Part shown: one piece after another, positions 1 through 9,324 of the stretch
Layout of the letters: every line of letters begins with the position of its first letter
Numbering within the stretch: the stretch's first letter is position 1
From: a virus
DNA: 59,493 bases
Strand: one strand, 5' to 3'
Virus record (IMG/VR): IMGVR_UViG_3300019458_000009
Coordinates: 1 to 59,493 of that record
Position numbers and translations under genes: made by a program
The notes under the pieces: model-generated
The model's input: the letters and a program-made list of their open reading frames with translations, nothing else
The model's database searches: none
Told to the model about the DNA's origin: nothing

Positions 1-123
1 AAAGCGCGACGCGCGCCAGCCGCTCCGACGGATGTTCTTCGACGTGCAGTTCGCGGACCAGGAGACCTACCCCTTCGCGGACATCATCTACAAGCTGTAC
101 AAGAAGGGCTTCATGCGGGCGAC
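1..123. repeat. Terminal overlap, identical to 59371-59493. Indicates circular or permuted assembly closure with a unique length of 59,370 bp.
   Basis: Read directly: both copies start aaagcgcgacgcgcgccagc and end ttcatgcgggcgac. The overlap lies inside one continuous reading frame. Confidence 0.9.
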
Positions 124-1342
124 CTCCGTGGGCTTCGACCCGATTAGCACTCGGGAGGTCACCGACGAGAAGGAGCTCGCGGAGCTCGGGCTGCGCGGCC
201 CCGTCGGCGTGGTGTACACGAAGCAAGAGCTGTTCGAGCTCTCGGCCGTGCCGGTGCCCGGCAACCCGAACGCGCTGGTAGATGAGCTCGGTGCCCTGGT
301 GCCCGCGTGCCGCGCCCTAGTGCTCAACGCCGACGGCTCGACGCCCGGGGAAGCCGAGATTAATGAGGCGTGGCTGAAGCAGCGCCTCGAATCGGTGCGG
401 CTGGCGCTGGATCCGGCCGCCGATATGAGAGAGTTCCGCGTCGTGACGACGGGTGGCGCGTCTAGTACCTCCGTAGAACTGGAGCTGGGCGTGCTGGACC
501 CGCGTGAGGACTCGCCCGAGGAGCTGATGGAGCCCGGCGTGGGCGACGCGGCGATCGGCGCCCACCCGACGACACTGGACGAGGAAAAGGTGGCCGCGGC
601 CATCCTGGCCAACACTGAAGCGAACGACGACCCGCCCCCGGCGCTCATTGAGCTGCTGAAGCGGATCGACCAGGAGACCGACGCGCAGCGAGACGAGCGC
701 ATCTCCGCGGCCGTGCAGGCGTGGAACGACGGCGAGGGCGAGGACGCCCAGCGGGCCGGGTTCACCTGTCCGAAGCCGTTCGAGTCGCACGCGGCCTGCG
801 TGTCGAGCATGGGCGACAAGGTGGACGACCCCGACGCGTTCTGCGCGGCGTGGGCCCGGCATTGCGGTGAGAAGGCCGCCCCAGAGGCCGCCCCGCCCGA
901 CGGGCGCCAGGAGATCCTGGACAAGCTCGGCGAGGCGCAGGCGCTGATCGACGAGGCCCTGCAGCTGGCCATCGTCCAGGGACTGGGTGAGAACGAGGTG
1001 GAGGAGGCGGTCGCGCCCCTCGCCGACTTCTTTGCCACCCGCTGGCCGGCGCCCGTCCTGGAGCTGGTGCGCGCCGAACTGCGGCGCGCCGAGCGAAGCC
1101 TTTTGCCCTGCTTGAATGGCATGGCGAAGCGAAGCGAACTTTCAGCGGTCCTCGTGCAGCTCGCCGAGGTCCAGCGTTCGGTGACCGAGATCAAGGAGGC
1201 CCGCGCCAATGCGGCCGGCGCGCCCGCCCCGAAGGGGCAAGGCGCACCCGAGCGCAAGGGCGACGGCTACCTCGATCGCGTGCTCACCCAGAACGCAGAG
1301 GCCCTTCGGCGGCTGCGAGAGATCGAGAAGAAGACCAAGTAA
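1..1342 (+). CDS. Prohead protease-scaffold fusion, C-terminal part (5' end is at 59141).
   Basis: The protease core (FMRATSVGFDP...ELSAVPVPGNPNA) is followed by an acidic, Ala-rich, coiled-coil region of about 300 aa. That region includes CPKPFESHAACVSSMGDKVDDPDAFCAAW. The stop is at 1340-1342, just before the capsid gene. Confidence 0.75.
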   Translation, partial: KRDARQPLRRMFFDVQFADQETYPFADIIYKLYKKGFMRATSVGFDPISTREVTDEKELAELGLRGPVGVVYTKQELFELSAVPVPGNPNALVDELGALVPACRALVLNADGSTPGEAEINEAWLKQRLESVRLALDPAADMREFRVVTTGGASSTSVELELGVLDPREDSPEELMEPGVGDAAIGAHPTTLDEEKVAAAILANTEANDDPPPALIELLKRIDQETDAQRDERISAAVQAWNDGEGEDAQRAGFTCPKPFESHAACVSSMGDKVDDPDAFCAAWARHCGEKAAPEAAPPDGRQEILDKLGEAQALIDEALQLAIVQGLGENEVEEAVAPLADFFATRWPAPVLELVRAELRRAERSLLPCLNGMAKRSELSAVLVQLAEVQRSVTEIKEARANAAGAPAPKGQGAPERKGDGYLDRVLTQNAEALRRLREIEKKTK

Positions 1343-1364
1343 ACCCCTTTCGAGGAAGCTAACG

Positions 1365-2543
1365 ATGAGCATGGATGAGATCCTCGGCCGGATCGACGGA
1401 AACGTGGCCGGCATGAAGGAAACCCTAGCGAACCACGGCAAGAGCCTGGAGCAGCTGAATGACCGCGTGAACGCGCTCGAGCAGAAGACGAAGGGCTCCC
1501 GCTCCGTGTCCCTGGGGATCGACGACGAGGAGAGGAAGAAGCACCCCTTCTCCTTCCAGCGCGCGATCCTGGCGATCTCGGAGAAGAACCACAAGCTCGC
1601 CCCCTTCGAGATGTCCGTCATGAAGGAGGCCGCGGCCAAGCGTGACCTGTCGACCGACGTCGATACGGCGGGCGGGTACATCGTCCCGACCGAGTACATG
1701 GCTGACCTGATCGAGCTCCTGCGAGCCAAGCTGGTCGTGCAGCAGCTCGGCGCCACGCGCATGAGCGGACTCACCGGCGGCATGGTCCAGATCCCCAAGC
1801 AGACCGGCGGCGCGACCGGGTACTGGGTCGCGGAAGGCGCGTCCATCACGTCCAGCCAGCAGACCCTCGGGCAGATCGAGATGCGGCCCCGCGAGGCGGC
1901 CGGCCTCACGATCATGTCCAACCGGTTGCTCAAGCTGTCGAACCCGTCGGCCGAGGCCATGGTTCGCAACGACCTGGCGGCCACGATCGATCGGCTGGTG
2001 GACCTCGCCGCCCTGCAGGGCGTCGGCGGGCTTCAGCCTCTCGGTATCGCCAATACCCCGGACATCAATACCACGGCGATGGGCGCGGCCCCGACGCTCG
2101 ACGACCTCTACGACATGATCCTCAAGCTCGAAGAGGACAACGCCGACGACGGCGCGCTCGGGTGGGCGTTCCACCCCCGGACGTGGAACACGCTCCGGCA
2201 GCTGAAGGATTCCGAGGGTCGGTACATCCTGACTCCCGGCGTGATCCCGTCCAGCGTCCAGGACCTTCGGCGCGGCGCCCAGATGGGCACGCTGCTCGGC
2301 TACCCGTTCCGGACCACGACACAGATTCCCATCACGCTCGGCGCGGGCGCCGATTCCCGGATCTTCTTCGGGAACTGGGCCGACCTCGTCATCGGCGAGT
2401 GGGGTGGCATCGAGATCCTGGCGTCACAGGAGACCAGCGACGCGTTCGCGAAGAACCAGACCCATGTGCGGATCATCGTCGAGCTCGACGTGGTCGTGCG
2501 GCACGCGGAATCGTTCTGCGTGGACTCCACGGTGGCGGCGTAA
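1365..2543 (+). CDS. Major capsid protein, HK97 fold family (392 aa).
   Basis: ATG 1365 follows GAGGAAG. An N-terminal coiled-coil delta-like segment (KETLANHGKSLEQLNDRVNALEQK) precedes AGGYIVPTEY, LGYPF and a C-terminal HVRIIVELDVVV. The gene sits immediately after the protease. The longer ORF starting at 1209 overlaps the protease gene and is unlikely. Confidence 0.8.
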   Translation: MSMDEILGRIDGNVAGMKETLANHGKSLEQLNDRVNALEQKTKGSRSVSLGIDDEERKKHPFSFQRAILAISEKNHKLAPFEMSVMKEAAAKRDLSTDVDTAGGYIVPTEYMADLIELLRAKLVVQQLGATRMSGLTGGMVQIPKQTGGATGYWVAEGASITSSQQTLGQIEMRPREAAGLTIMSNRLLKLSNPSAEAMVRNDLAATIDRLVDLAALQGVGGLQPLGIANTPDINTTAMGAAPTLDDLYDMILKLEEDNADDGALGWAFHPRTWNTLRQLKDSEGRYILTPGVIPSSVQDLRRGAQMGTLLGYPFRTTTQIPITLGAGADSRIFFGNWADLVIGEWGGIEILASQETSDAFAKNQTHVRIIVELDVVVRHAESFCVDSTVAA

Positions 2544-2562
2544 ACCAGAGACGATGGGAGGC

Positions 2563-2582
2563 CCGGGGCCGCGAGGCCCCGG
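2563..2582 (+). other. Stem-loop immediately after the capsid gene: CCGGGGCC-GCGA-GGCCCCGG.
   Basis: An 8-bp perfect stem with a GNRA-type tetraloop, 20 nt after the capsid stop. There is no U-tract. It could be an attenuator or an mRNA-stability element. Confidence 0.5.
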
Positions 2583-2603
2583 CCCCCTAACTAAGGAGAG
2601 ACC

Positions 2604-3404
2604 ATGACGGTTGCAACGGAAGTGGCCAAGCGGCCTAGCACCGCCCTGCAGCGGTTCGTCGACTACGCGGTCATGCGCGACGACAAGCCGCTGTACTTCG
2701 GCGACGCGGGCAACGCGGGCCTCAAGTGGAACTCGGCGGACGAGGTGCTTGAGATCGTCGGCGGGCTGGGCCTGCCGCTGTTCGAGGAGTACGCCGCCGC
2801 GGGTTCTCACCAGATCGTAGCGGCGGACCTGGAGCCCAGCGCGACGGCGGGAAGCTCGGACGGCGCGGACCCCGACTTCATCGCGGCGATCATGGGCAAC
2901 CTGATCAAAGCCTCGGGCGGGATGACGTCCGACGCCAACTACCTGGCGGGCGTCATCGGGCACTTCAGCATCGTGGGCACGGTGGCCTCGACCTACCCGA
3001 CAGGAGCGGTCCTGGCGGGCATCGGCGACGGCGTCACCGACTGCCACGGCGCGGTGGTGGCCTACATCGACGGCGACAGCGCGCAGACGAACTGCGGCGC
3101 CATGTTCAAGGTCATGTCGAACAACTCGACGGCGGCCTCGGGCCCGGACTTCGGGATGGACCTGCAGGACGCCGCGCACGACGGGTACCAGGCGGTGAAC
3201 CGCGCCTTCTACAAGAAGGCCGAGATCCGGCTGACCGGCGACGCGCTGATCTTTACCAACGCGGGCGCTCCCTCGGATGGGGTGACCCTCGACAACGTGG
3301 CCGGCCGGGGCTCGCTGTGCATCGACGTGACCAACGGCTTTCTCTACATCAATACCGGGACCATCACGGACTCCGTGTGGACCAAGGTGGGAACGCAGAG
3401 CTAG
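2604..3404 (+). CDS. Hypothetical virion protein in the head module (266 aa).
   Basis: AAGGAG RBS before ATG 2604. The product is Gly/Ala-rich and ends GFLYINTGTITDSVWTKVGTQS. I recognise no family. A structural role is inferred from position only. Confidence 0.6.
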   Translation: MTVATEVAKRPSTALQRFVDYAVMRDDKPLYFGDAGNAGLKWNSADEVLEIVGGLGLPLFEEYAAAGSHQIVAADLEPSATAGSSDGADPDFIAAIMGNLIKASGGMTSDANYLAGVIGHFSIVGTVASTYPTGAVLAGIGDGVTDCHGAVVAYIDGDSAQTNCGAMFKVMSNNSTAASGPDFGMDLQDAAHDGYQAVNRAFYKKAEIRLTGDALIFTNAGAPSDGVTLDNVAGRGSLCIDVTNGFLYINTGTITDSVWTKVGTQS

Positions 3405-3408
3405 CCAT

Positions 3409-3687
3409 ATGAACCTGCAAGAGACCCTGAAGGCCCGGTCGAAGGTCCTGCTGCAGAAGCACCAGGTACTGCTGGACCAGCTGTCCAAGGTAGAGGCGGC
3501 CCGCGCCAGGATCCTGCGCGAGATTCAGCAGCTCGAGGGTGGCGCCCAGGAGTGCGAATGGTTGCAGGAGCTCGTTGGGCAACTGGAGCGTGAAGCGGCG
3601 GTCCCCGAGAAGGGGAAGCCGAAGTTTCAGCGAGTGGAGGCGCTTTCCTCCACGGAACCCCAGGAAGCAACGGAGTATAACCCATGA
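3409..3687 (+). CDS. Hypothetical coiled-coil protein (92 aa).
   Basis: An ORF with heptad-like sequence (LLQKHQVLLDQLSKVEAARARILREIQQLEG), coupled by an ATGA overlap to the next gene. Confidence 0.55.
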   Translation: MNLQETLKARSKVLLQKHQVLLDQLSKVEAARARILREIQQLEGGAQECEWLQELVGQLEREAAVPEKGKPKFQRVEALSSTEPQEATEYNP

Positions 3688-4097
3688 AGAACACCGCTCA
3701 GGAGACCATCAAGGTGGTCCACGTCCTCGAGCCCGATAGCTACGCGGCGGGCGCCGCGGCCAACAGCGCCGGCATCGACTGCCAGGGCTTTGACGAGGCC
3801 CTGATCGTCTTCGACCTCGGCGACTTCACCGCCACGGGCGACGTGACGTTCCAGATCCAGGAGTCGGCCGACAACGTCACGTTCACCAACGTGACCGGCG
3901 CGGCCGTCGCCGAGAAGGTCCAGGCCGACGATGAGAAGGTCTACGTCGGGCGAGTGGACCTGGCCAAGCGGCTCCGGTACCTCCGGGTGCAGTACGACGT
4001 TGACGACGACGCGGTCGAGTTCGCCGTCCTGGCGCTGCTCATGAACGCCAAGTATAAACCCGTGTCCCAGGAAAACGCGGTGGCGTTCACGGTCTAA
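3684..4097 (+). CDS. Hypothetical small beta-rich virion protein, a possible capsid decoration protein (137 aa).
   Basis: ATGA overlap with the upstream ORF. The composition (DVTFQIQESADNVTFTNVTG...) suggests a beta-sandwich. The function is positional inference only. Confidence 0.55.
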   Translation: MKNTAQETIKVVHVLEPDSYAAGAAANSAGIDCQGFDEALIVFDLGDFTATGDVTFQIQESADNVTFTNVTGAAVAEKVQADDEKVYVGRVDLAKRLRYLRVQYDVDDDAVEFAVLALLMNAKYKPVSQENAVAFTV

Positions 4098-4134
4098 CGA
4101 GACCTTCCCCTCTCCTCCAGAGAGATCGGGATGA

Positions 4135-4154
4135 GCTAGCCCGTTTGGGCTAGC
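4135..4154 (+). other. Stem-loop GCTAGCCC-GTTT-GGGCTAGC in the 122-bp gap after the 3684-4097 gene.
   Basis: An 8-bp perfect stem read directly. A second GC stem (GGCGCG-cgcga-CGCGCC) follows. There is no U-tract. Confidence 0.45.
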
Positions 4155-4219
4155 CTCCCGTCAGGGGCGCGCGCGACGCGCCTCCGACCGGAGTGCAACG
4201 AGCCTAAAGGAGTAGAGAT

Positions 4220-4783
4220 ATGTGGATTCGAGGCGGCAAGGGCCCGCGGTACGCGGCCGCGCGCGTCCGGCGGCTCTTCGCGGTCTGCCATCAGACACCG
4301 GGCACGGCGATCCTGGGGCGCACGGCGTTCAGCGATACCCAGCCCCTCTTCATCGTGCGGCAGGCCGCCGCGTCGCGGCGCACGCTGCTGCTGGACTTCT
4401 CGCTGACGCAGTCCAACGTAGCCGGCGGGCCGATCTACGTGCAGGTCGCGACGGACACCACGGACCGGCTGGACGGGGCGAACCCCGGCACGGCGATAGC
4501 CTACAAGGGAGAGTTCACCGACGTGGCCAACCCGGCTCCGCAGTCCTCGTTCCACTACCACTCGGGCGGCGCCCCGCTGGCGGCGACGGCGCCCAGCGCG
4601 AACGTGGCCTATCTCGACATCGGCGGCTCGCCCGCGGTGCAGGGCGTGACGGTTGAGTGGGACTCTACCTACTCCCTCGCGATCGGCGCCACGGGCAGCG
4701 TCCTGGTCTACGCGTGGGCCGCGGTCACGGCGCCGCAGTTCTACGTCAGTGCGGAGCTCCTCGAGGAGCCCTTGATCTCATAA
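4220..4783 (+). CDS. Hypothetical virion protein (187 aa).
   Basis: AAGGAG lies 7 nt before ATG 4220. No family recognised. Confidence 0.55.
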   Translation: MWIRGGKGPRYAAARVRRLFAVCHQTPGTAILGRTAFSDTQPLFIVRQAAASRRTLLLDFSLTQSNVAGGPIYVQVATDTTDRLDGANPGTAIAYKGEFTDVANPAPQSSFHYHSGGAPLAATAPSANVAYLDIGGSPAVQGVTVEWDSTYSLAIGATGSVLVYAWAAVTAPQFYVSAELLEEPLIS

Positions 4784-4808
4784 CTCCTGAAGTGAGGCGA
4801 GCGATACC

Positions 4809-7800
4809 ATGGGTAACTGGGAAGTAAGCGGCGGCTGGGGCGTCGGCGCGGGCGGCGGCGGAGGCGGCGCGGACCCCAACACCGTCCTGCACGAGGGCAA
4901 CGCGTTCGGCGAGGTCATGGTTGTTGGCACGACCGACGCCTTCGACTTCGAGATCATCAACACCGGCGAGACCGCGGCGCGATTCCACCGGGCCGCGGCG
5001 AACGTCCACCAGCTTCTTCTGGACGACGGCGGGGCGTCTACGCCCGCGCTGGCGTTCATCCTGGCCGAGGATACAGGGGTGTTCCTCGCGGACGTCGATC
5101 AGCTGGATTTCGTCGCGGCATCGAACTCCGTGCTTCGGATGCACGCGAACGGAGGCAATCCCCAAGCCCGGGCGCTGGCGGATGGGACCTCGGCGAATCC
5201 CTTTTGGACCTTCCAGGGCGACCCGACCGCCGGGCACTACTACGACAGCGGCATGGTCGTGACGGCCGCGTCGGGAACCTACGTCCTCTACGCGTCCGAC
5301 GGCGAGGTCGGCATCCAGTCGTCAGTCAACACGAACCACGTTTTTGTGGTACGGAAGGCCGGGACGCTGGCCGTCGCGGCGGCGGTCCTTCAGGTGGACA
5401 ATCTCAACGGCCGGATGAGGATCGGCTCCACGGGGGCGCTGAACCCGGCGGTGACCCTGCACGTCGGGGACGCCGAAACCGCGACGAACACCATCGTCGA
5501 GCTCTTCCGGATGCAGCGCCTAGGGGCATCCTCTCCGGGCGCAGGTCTCGGGGCCGCACAGACGATCTACATACAGGATTCCGTGACTTCCGTCGAGGCG
5601 TTCCGGCTGGCCGTCTCCGCGTCTGACGCGGCGGCGGCGACCTTCTCCGCGGTCGTGGCCCTCTCCAGCCGGATCAACGGGACTACGGCCGAGCGGCTGC
5701 GCCTGGTGGAGACGGTCGAGGCGGGCGGCGTCTTTGATCTCATTCCGACGAACGATGGGGAGGGGAACCTCGGTGAGACCACCACTCCGAAGCGGTGGCG
5801 GTCGCTGGCCGTATCAGGGGACGCCTACGTCGGCGGCAAGCTCACGGTCGTCGGAGCCATTGACCCGACCAGCGTCACGCTCTCGGGTGGCGGAACGGCC
5901 CACTTCATGCAGTTTGCGGCGGGTTCTACGGCGGCGGTTTCTGGTGCCGGAACCATGCGCTTCCGGTACGATGAAGCCGGGAATAAGGCCCAGGTGTCGC
6001 TCAACGGTGCCGCCTACGTCGATATCAGCACGGGCGGCGGAACCTTCTTCGCGCAGGGCGGGAACACGTTCGGGGCGAACGGCGTTCTCGGGACAAATGA
6101 CGCCTTTGACCTTGAGATCCGTACCGGCGGCATCCCGGCCCTTTACCTGGACACGGCTCAAAGCGCCATCTTCACGAACAGCGTTTCCATCGCCAATGGG
6201 TTCCTGGAAGTCCCCGATGGAACCGCAGGACAGCCGACGGTTGTAGGTTCCGGGGATCAGACGACGGGCATCCTGTTCAGCGCAGGTTCCGGCGTCAGGA
6301 TCTCGCACGGAGGGTCCCTGGTCGCCTCGTTCAACAACACTCCCGCGATCTTCATGGAGGGCGACGGGAGCGCGAGCGATCCGACGTACTCCTGGAACAG
6401 CTCGGGAAACTACGGGATGTACGTCTCGCCCGGCTCTTACGTCGGGATATCGGCGGCGGGCACGGAAGCCGTGCGGTTCTCCACGACGGGCGCGGTACTG
6501 CATACGAGCGGAAGCGCGACCAATCCCGGGATGGCGTTCATCGCGGACGTGAACTGGGGCTGGTACTTCACGCCCGGCACGCCGTCGATGAGCCTTTCGG
6601 TGGACGGAACCCAGGCCCTCGAATTCACCAACGGCGTTTTCATCCACTACGGGAATTCGGTCTACGAGGCGGTGGACCAGACGGGAGTCGGGGTGGGGGC
6701 CGTCGGGCGCGGGCGCATCCGCTACAACTCGACTTCAGGAACGTTCCAGATTTCGGCGGAAGGGGGAGCCTACGCCGACATCGCCACGGGCACGTCTGGC
6801 TGGACCGACGACGGTACCGTGGTTAGGCTTACGACCGCCGGCGATAAAGTCACGATCGGCGGGGCTTCAAACCTGGCAAAGTTCGCGGTGGATGGGGCCG
6901 CCGACGAGATCCAGCTCCTAGTGCAAGGGAACGCCACGCAGACGGCGAACCTTGTGGTGTGGGAGAACTCGGCGGGTTCGGATCTCTTCCGCTTCAGTGG
7001 CGCGGGTGCGATCACGATGCTCTCGACCGGGGGAATCAGTCTTCGACCCACCATCGACGCCGCTACCCCGGACATCCTGATCGGCTCGACGGGGATCACG
7101 TTCGGCGGGGATGTCAACATCTCACGCGGCGCGGCGGATCGGCTCGACATCGCCTCGGGCAATCGGCTCCGGTTCGCAAGCGGCGGTACAGCGGCGGCGC
7201 CCCGCGTCGAAATGGGCGCGGGCGGGCCGAACGGGATCTTCTCCCCGAACGCGGGCGAGATCGCGATCGGCACGAACTCGACCGAGCGTTTCGTCGTGTC
7301 GAACACTGATATCCACACCAGGGACATCCCCTTCCTCCCCCGCGTGGACGCCCAGGCCGCGACGACCATTGGGAGCACGTCCCTCAGGTTCGTTTCGTCC
7401 GCCGTCAACACCATGAACTCGTTCGCGGCGTCCGGGGACGCTAATCCCACGGCGCAAATTGCCTCCAACTCGATCAAGCTCGGCGTGAACAGTGCGGACA
7501 ACCTGAGCGTGGCGCTTTCGGCTGGGGCGGCGAACCGTCTCGACCTCGCCAGCGGCGACTCTTTGAACCTCGTAAGCGGCTCCCTGCTGATCGGCGCAAC
7601 GTCGAGGCTCTCGTCGGTATCCTCGACCGAGACCTCGATCGATACCGAAATCGCTCGCGCCGGGTCGGGGGCAACCGCGGCCCGGTTCCGGCTGCGCGGG
7701 TTCTACACGGCGTCGCCTTCCGACCCGCCCACGGATCAGGCGGACATAATCATCCTGGACGACGGCGTAAATACCCTTCTTCGCGTCAGATACAACGACG

Positions 7801-7838
7801 CGGGGACGGTCAAGATGGGCGACTTGGTGCTCGTGTAG
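4809..7838 (+). CDS. Large fibre-like protein with a Gly-rich N-terminus and internal repeats (1009 aa).
   Basis: The product starts MGNWEVSGGWGVGAGGGGGGADP. Fibre-type modules recur: GNAFGEVMVVGTTDAFDFEIINTG, GGNTFGANGVLGTNDAFDLEIRTGG, NGRMRIGSTG, TAERLRLVE, TEAVRFSTTG, STERFVVSN. Confidence 0.65.
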   Translation: MGNWEVSGGWGVGAGGGGGGADPNTVLHEGNAFGEVMVVGTTDAFDFEIINTGETAARFHRAAANVHQLLLDDGGASTPALAFILAEDTGVFLADVDQLDFVAASNSVLRMHANGGNPQARALADGTSANPFWTFQGDPTAGHYYDSGMVVTAASGTYVLYASDGEVGIQSSVNTNHVFVVRKAGTLAVAAAVLQVDNLNGRMRIGSTGALNPAVTLHVGDAETATNTIVELFRMQRLGASSPGAGLGAAQTIYIQDSVTSVEAFRLAVSASDAAAATFSAVVALSSRINGTTAERLRLVETVEAGGVFDLIPTNDGEGNLGETTTPKRWRSLAVSGDAYVGGKLTVVGAIDPTSVTLSGGGTAHFMQFAAGSTAAVSGAGTMRFRYDEAGNKAQVSLNGAAYVDISTGGGTFFAQGGNTFGANGVLGTNDAFDLEIRTGGIPALYLDTAQSAIFTNSVSIANGFLEVPDGTAGQPTVVGSGDQTTGILFSAGSGVRISHGGSLVASFNNTPAIFMEGDGSASDPTYSWNSSGNYGMYVSPGSYVGISAAGTEAVRFSTTGAVLHTSGSATNPGMAFIADVNWGWYFTPGTPSMSLSVDGTQALEFTNGVFIHYGNSVYEAVDQTGVGVGAVGRGRIRYNSTSGTFQISAEGGAYADIATGTSGWTDDGTVVRLTTAGDKVTIGGASNLAKFAVDGAADEIQLLVQGNATQTANLVVWENSAGSDLFRFSGAGAITMLSTGGISLRPTIDAATPDILIGSTGITFGGDVNISRGAADRLDIASGNRLRFASGGTAAAPRVEMGAGGPNGIFSPNAGEIAIGTNSTERFVVSNTDIHTRDIPFLPRVDAQAATTIGSTSLRFVSSAVNTMNSFAASGDANPTAQIASNSIKLGVNSADNLSVALSAGAANRLDLASGDSLNLVSGSLLIGATSRLSSVSSTETSIDTEIARAGSGATAARFRLRGFYTASPSDPPTDQADIIILDDGVNTLLRVRYNDAGTVKMGDLVLV

Positions 7839-7847
7839 GAGGTAGAA

Positions 7848-8102
7848 ATGGCAACTACGGACAGGAAGGTCAAGCGCATCGTGGCGGTTCTCCTCATCGA
7901 GAATCCCTCCAGAGACGGAGCGACGTACCAGGCCACGATCCACAGCCCGCAGATCGTCTACGACGATCCCGCGGCCACGGTAGCGGCCGACCAGGGGGAT
8001 AAGGGCCACGCGTTCTCGTTCTCCGAGACCGACGGGAAGCTGAGCCTCGACGACATCAAGGCGAACCTGTTGGCGCAGGCACAGACGGAAATCAAGGGGT
8101 AG
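7848..8102 (+). CDS. Hypothetical protein (84 aa).
   Basis: AGGAGG RBS before ATG 7848. Confidence 0.55.
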   Translation: MATTDRKVKRIVAVLLIENPSRDGATYQATIHSPQIVYDDPAATVAADQGDKGHAFSFSETDGKLSLDDIKANLLAQAQTEIKG

Positions 8103-8152
8103 GCTTCAAGGACGGATTCGGTGTAGCTACTTTTTTTGGAGGCGCGAAGATC

Positions 8153-8506
8153 ATGGCGAAGATCGTGGACATCCCGGCAGCGGTGGAGCTGGAGTCACCC
8201 CTGGGCAAGGACCCGTACAGCTGGGCGGACTTCTCCCTGGAGGCCCTGCACCAGTACTCCAAGCTGAACCAGGGCGAGGAGTCGGCCCACTTTAAGCGGA
8301 AGATGCGGAACAAGCTTGAGGGCCTGGCGGACGACGCCAAGGCTATCACTCTCGAGGACGACGAGTTCAACAAACTCCGGGACGCGGTGAAGACCGCCAA
8401 GTATAACCCACGGTACATGGAGTTGTTCGTGGAGTTCTTCGAATCCTTCCACGACGACAAGGTCCAGTCGGTCGAGCTGCCCGGCAAGAAGGAGGCCAAG
8501 CCATGA
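8153..8506 (+). CDS. Hypothetical protein (117 aa).
   Basis: GGAGG RBS before ATG 8153; ATGA overlap with the next ORF. Confidence 0.55.
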   Translation: MAKIVDIPAAVELESPLGKDPYSWADFSLEALHQYSKLNQGEESAHFKRKMRNKLEGLADDAKAITLEDDEFNKLRDAVKTAKYNPRYMELFVEFFESFHDDKVQSVELPGKKEAKP

Positions 8507-8733
8507 GGTACGCCGTAAAGCGCAAGGACGGGTTCGTGTGGGTGAATCCCAAGACGGGGAACCCCGAGCCAGAGCGTACGGAGATCGACGACCAAGAGCC
8601 GGGCTTCGATCTGGGACAGGTCTACAAGCTGACGCCGCTCGCCGCCTCCGAGGCGCCGACGGCCGAGCAGCCCGCCGCCGCGCCGGCCAACCGGATGGTG
8701 ACGGGCAAGTCCCTCAAGCGACGGGAGGCCTAG
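8503..8733 (+). CDS. Hypothetical protein (76 aa).
   Basis: Translationally coupled ORF. The next gene starts immediately after its stop. Confidence 0.5.
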   Translation: MRYAVKRKDGFVWVNPKTGNPEPERTEIDDQEPGFDLGQVYKLTPLAASEAPTAEQPAAAPANRMVTGKSLKRREA

Positions 8734-9324
8734 GTGGACCTGACGACGCTGGCCCGGATCAAGACGCTCCTGGCCATCGATACGGCCGAAACCCAGCACG
8801 ACGCGCTGTTGTCCCAGCTCATCTCCGCCGTGAGCGCCGAGGCCGAGGTCTTCCTCGACCGGCACGCGCAGCAGGTGGCCCGGGTTGAGCAATACGACGT
8901 ATACAACCGGCAGGCGGTGTTCTTCCTCCGCGGCTACCCGGTGCTGGTGGCGCCGGCGCCGACGGTGAATCACAACCTGGACCGGGACTTCAGCGGCGCC
9001 GACCTGTCGGTCGACGCGTACTACCTGGAACTGGCGACCGGTAAGCTGACCGTAGACCGGGTGGAGCTGACGCCAGGGCCCGGCGTGCTGGAGGTGTCGT
9101 ACACCGGCGGCATGGCGGCGTCGACCGCCGCTCTTGTAACGGCGTTCCCGGCGGTGGCTCACGCGGTGGACATCCAGGTGGCGTTCGTGTTCCAGCGCCG
9201 GCACTCGCTGGGCATCAGCGGGTTCAGCGCCGAGGGAGGCTCGGTCTCGCTGGAGACCCCGGTGGAGCTGATCCCCATAGTCAAGAGCTCCCTCAAGCGG
9301 TTCCGCCGGAAGGAGACGTCGTAA
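8734..9324 (+). CDS. Head-tail connector/adaptor, gp6-like (196 aa).
   Basis: GTG start. The N-terminus DLTTLARIKTLLAIDTAETQHDALLSQLISAVSAEAEVFLDR matches the usual gp6-like connector pattern. Confidence 0.55.
   Translation: MDLTTLARIKTLLAIDTAETQHDALLSQLISAVSAEAEVFLDRHAQQVARVEQYDVYNRQAVFFLRGYPVLVAPAPTVNHNLDRDFSGADLSVDAYYLELATGKLTVDRVELTPGPGVLEVSYTGGMAASTAALVTAFPAVAHAVDIQVAFVFQRRHSLGISGFSAEGGSVSLETPVELIPIVKSSLKRFRRKETS

Noticed and set aside
1-123. The terminal repeat as a biological direct terminal repeat (T7-like DTR).
   Set aside because: The repeat lies wholly inside the protease coding sequence and restores a continuous ORF on circularisation. That points to assembly overlap of a circular or permuted genome.
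8120-8140. GTAGCTAC followed by a T7 run, as a terminator after the 7848-8102 gene.
   Set aside because: The self-complementary 8-mer cannot form a stable stem-loop (3 bp at best). The T-run alone is not evidence.
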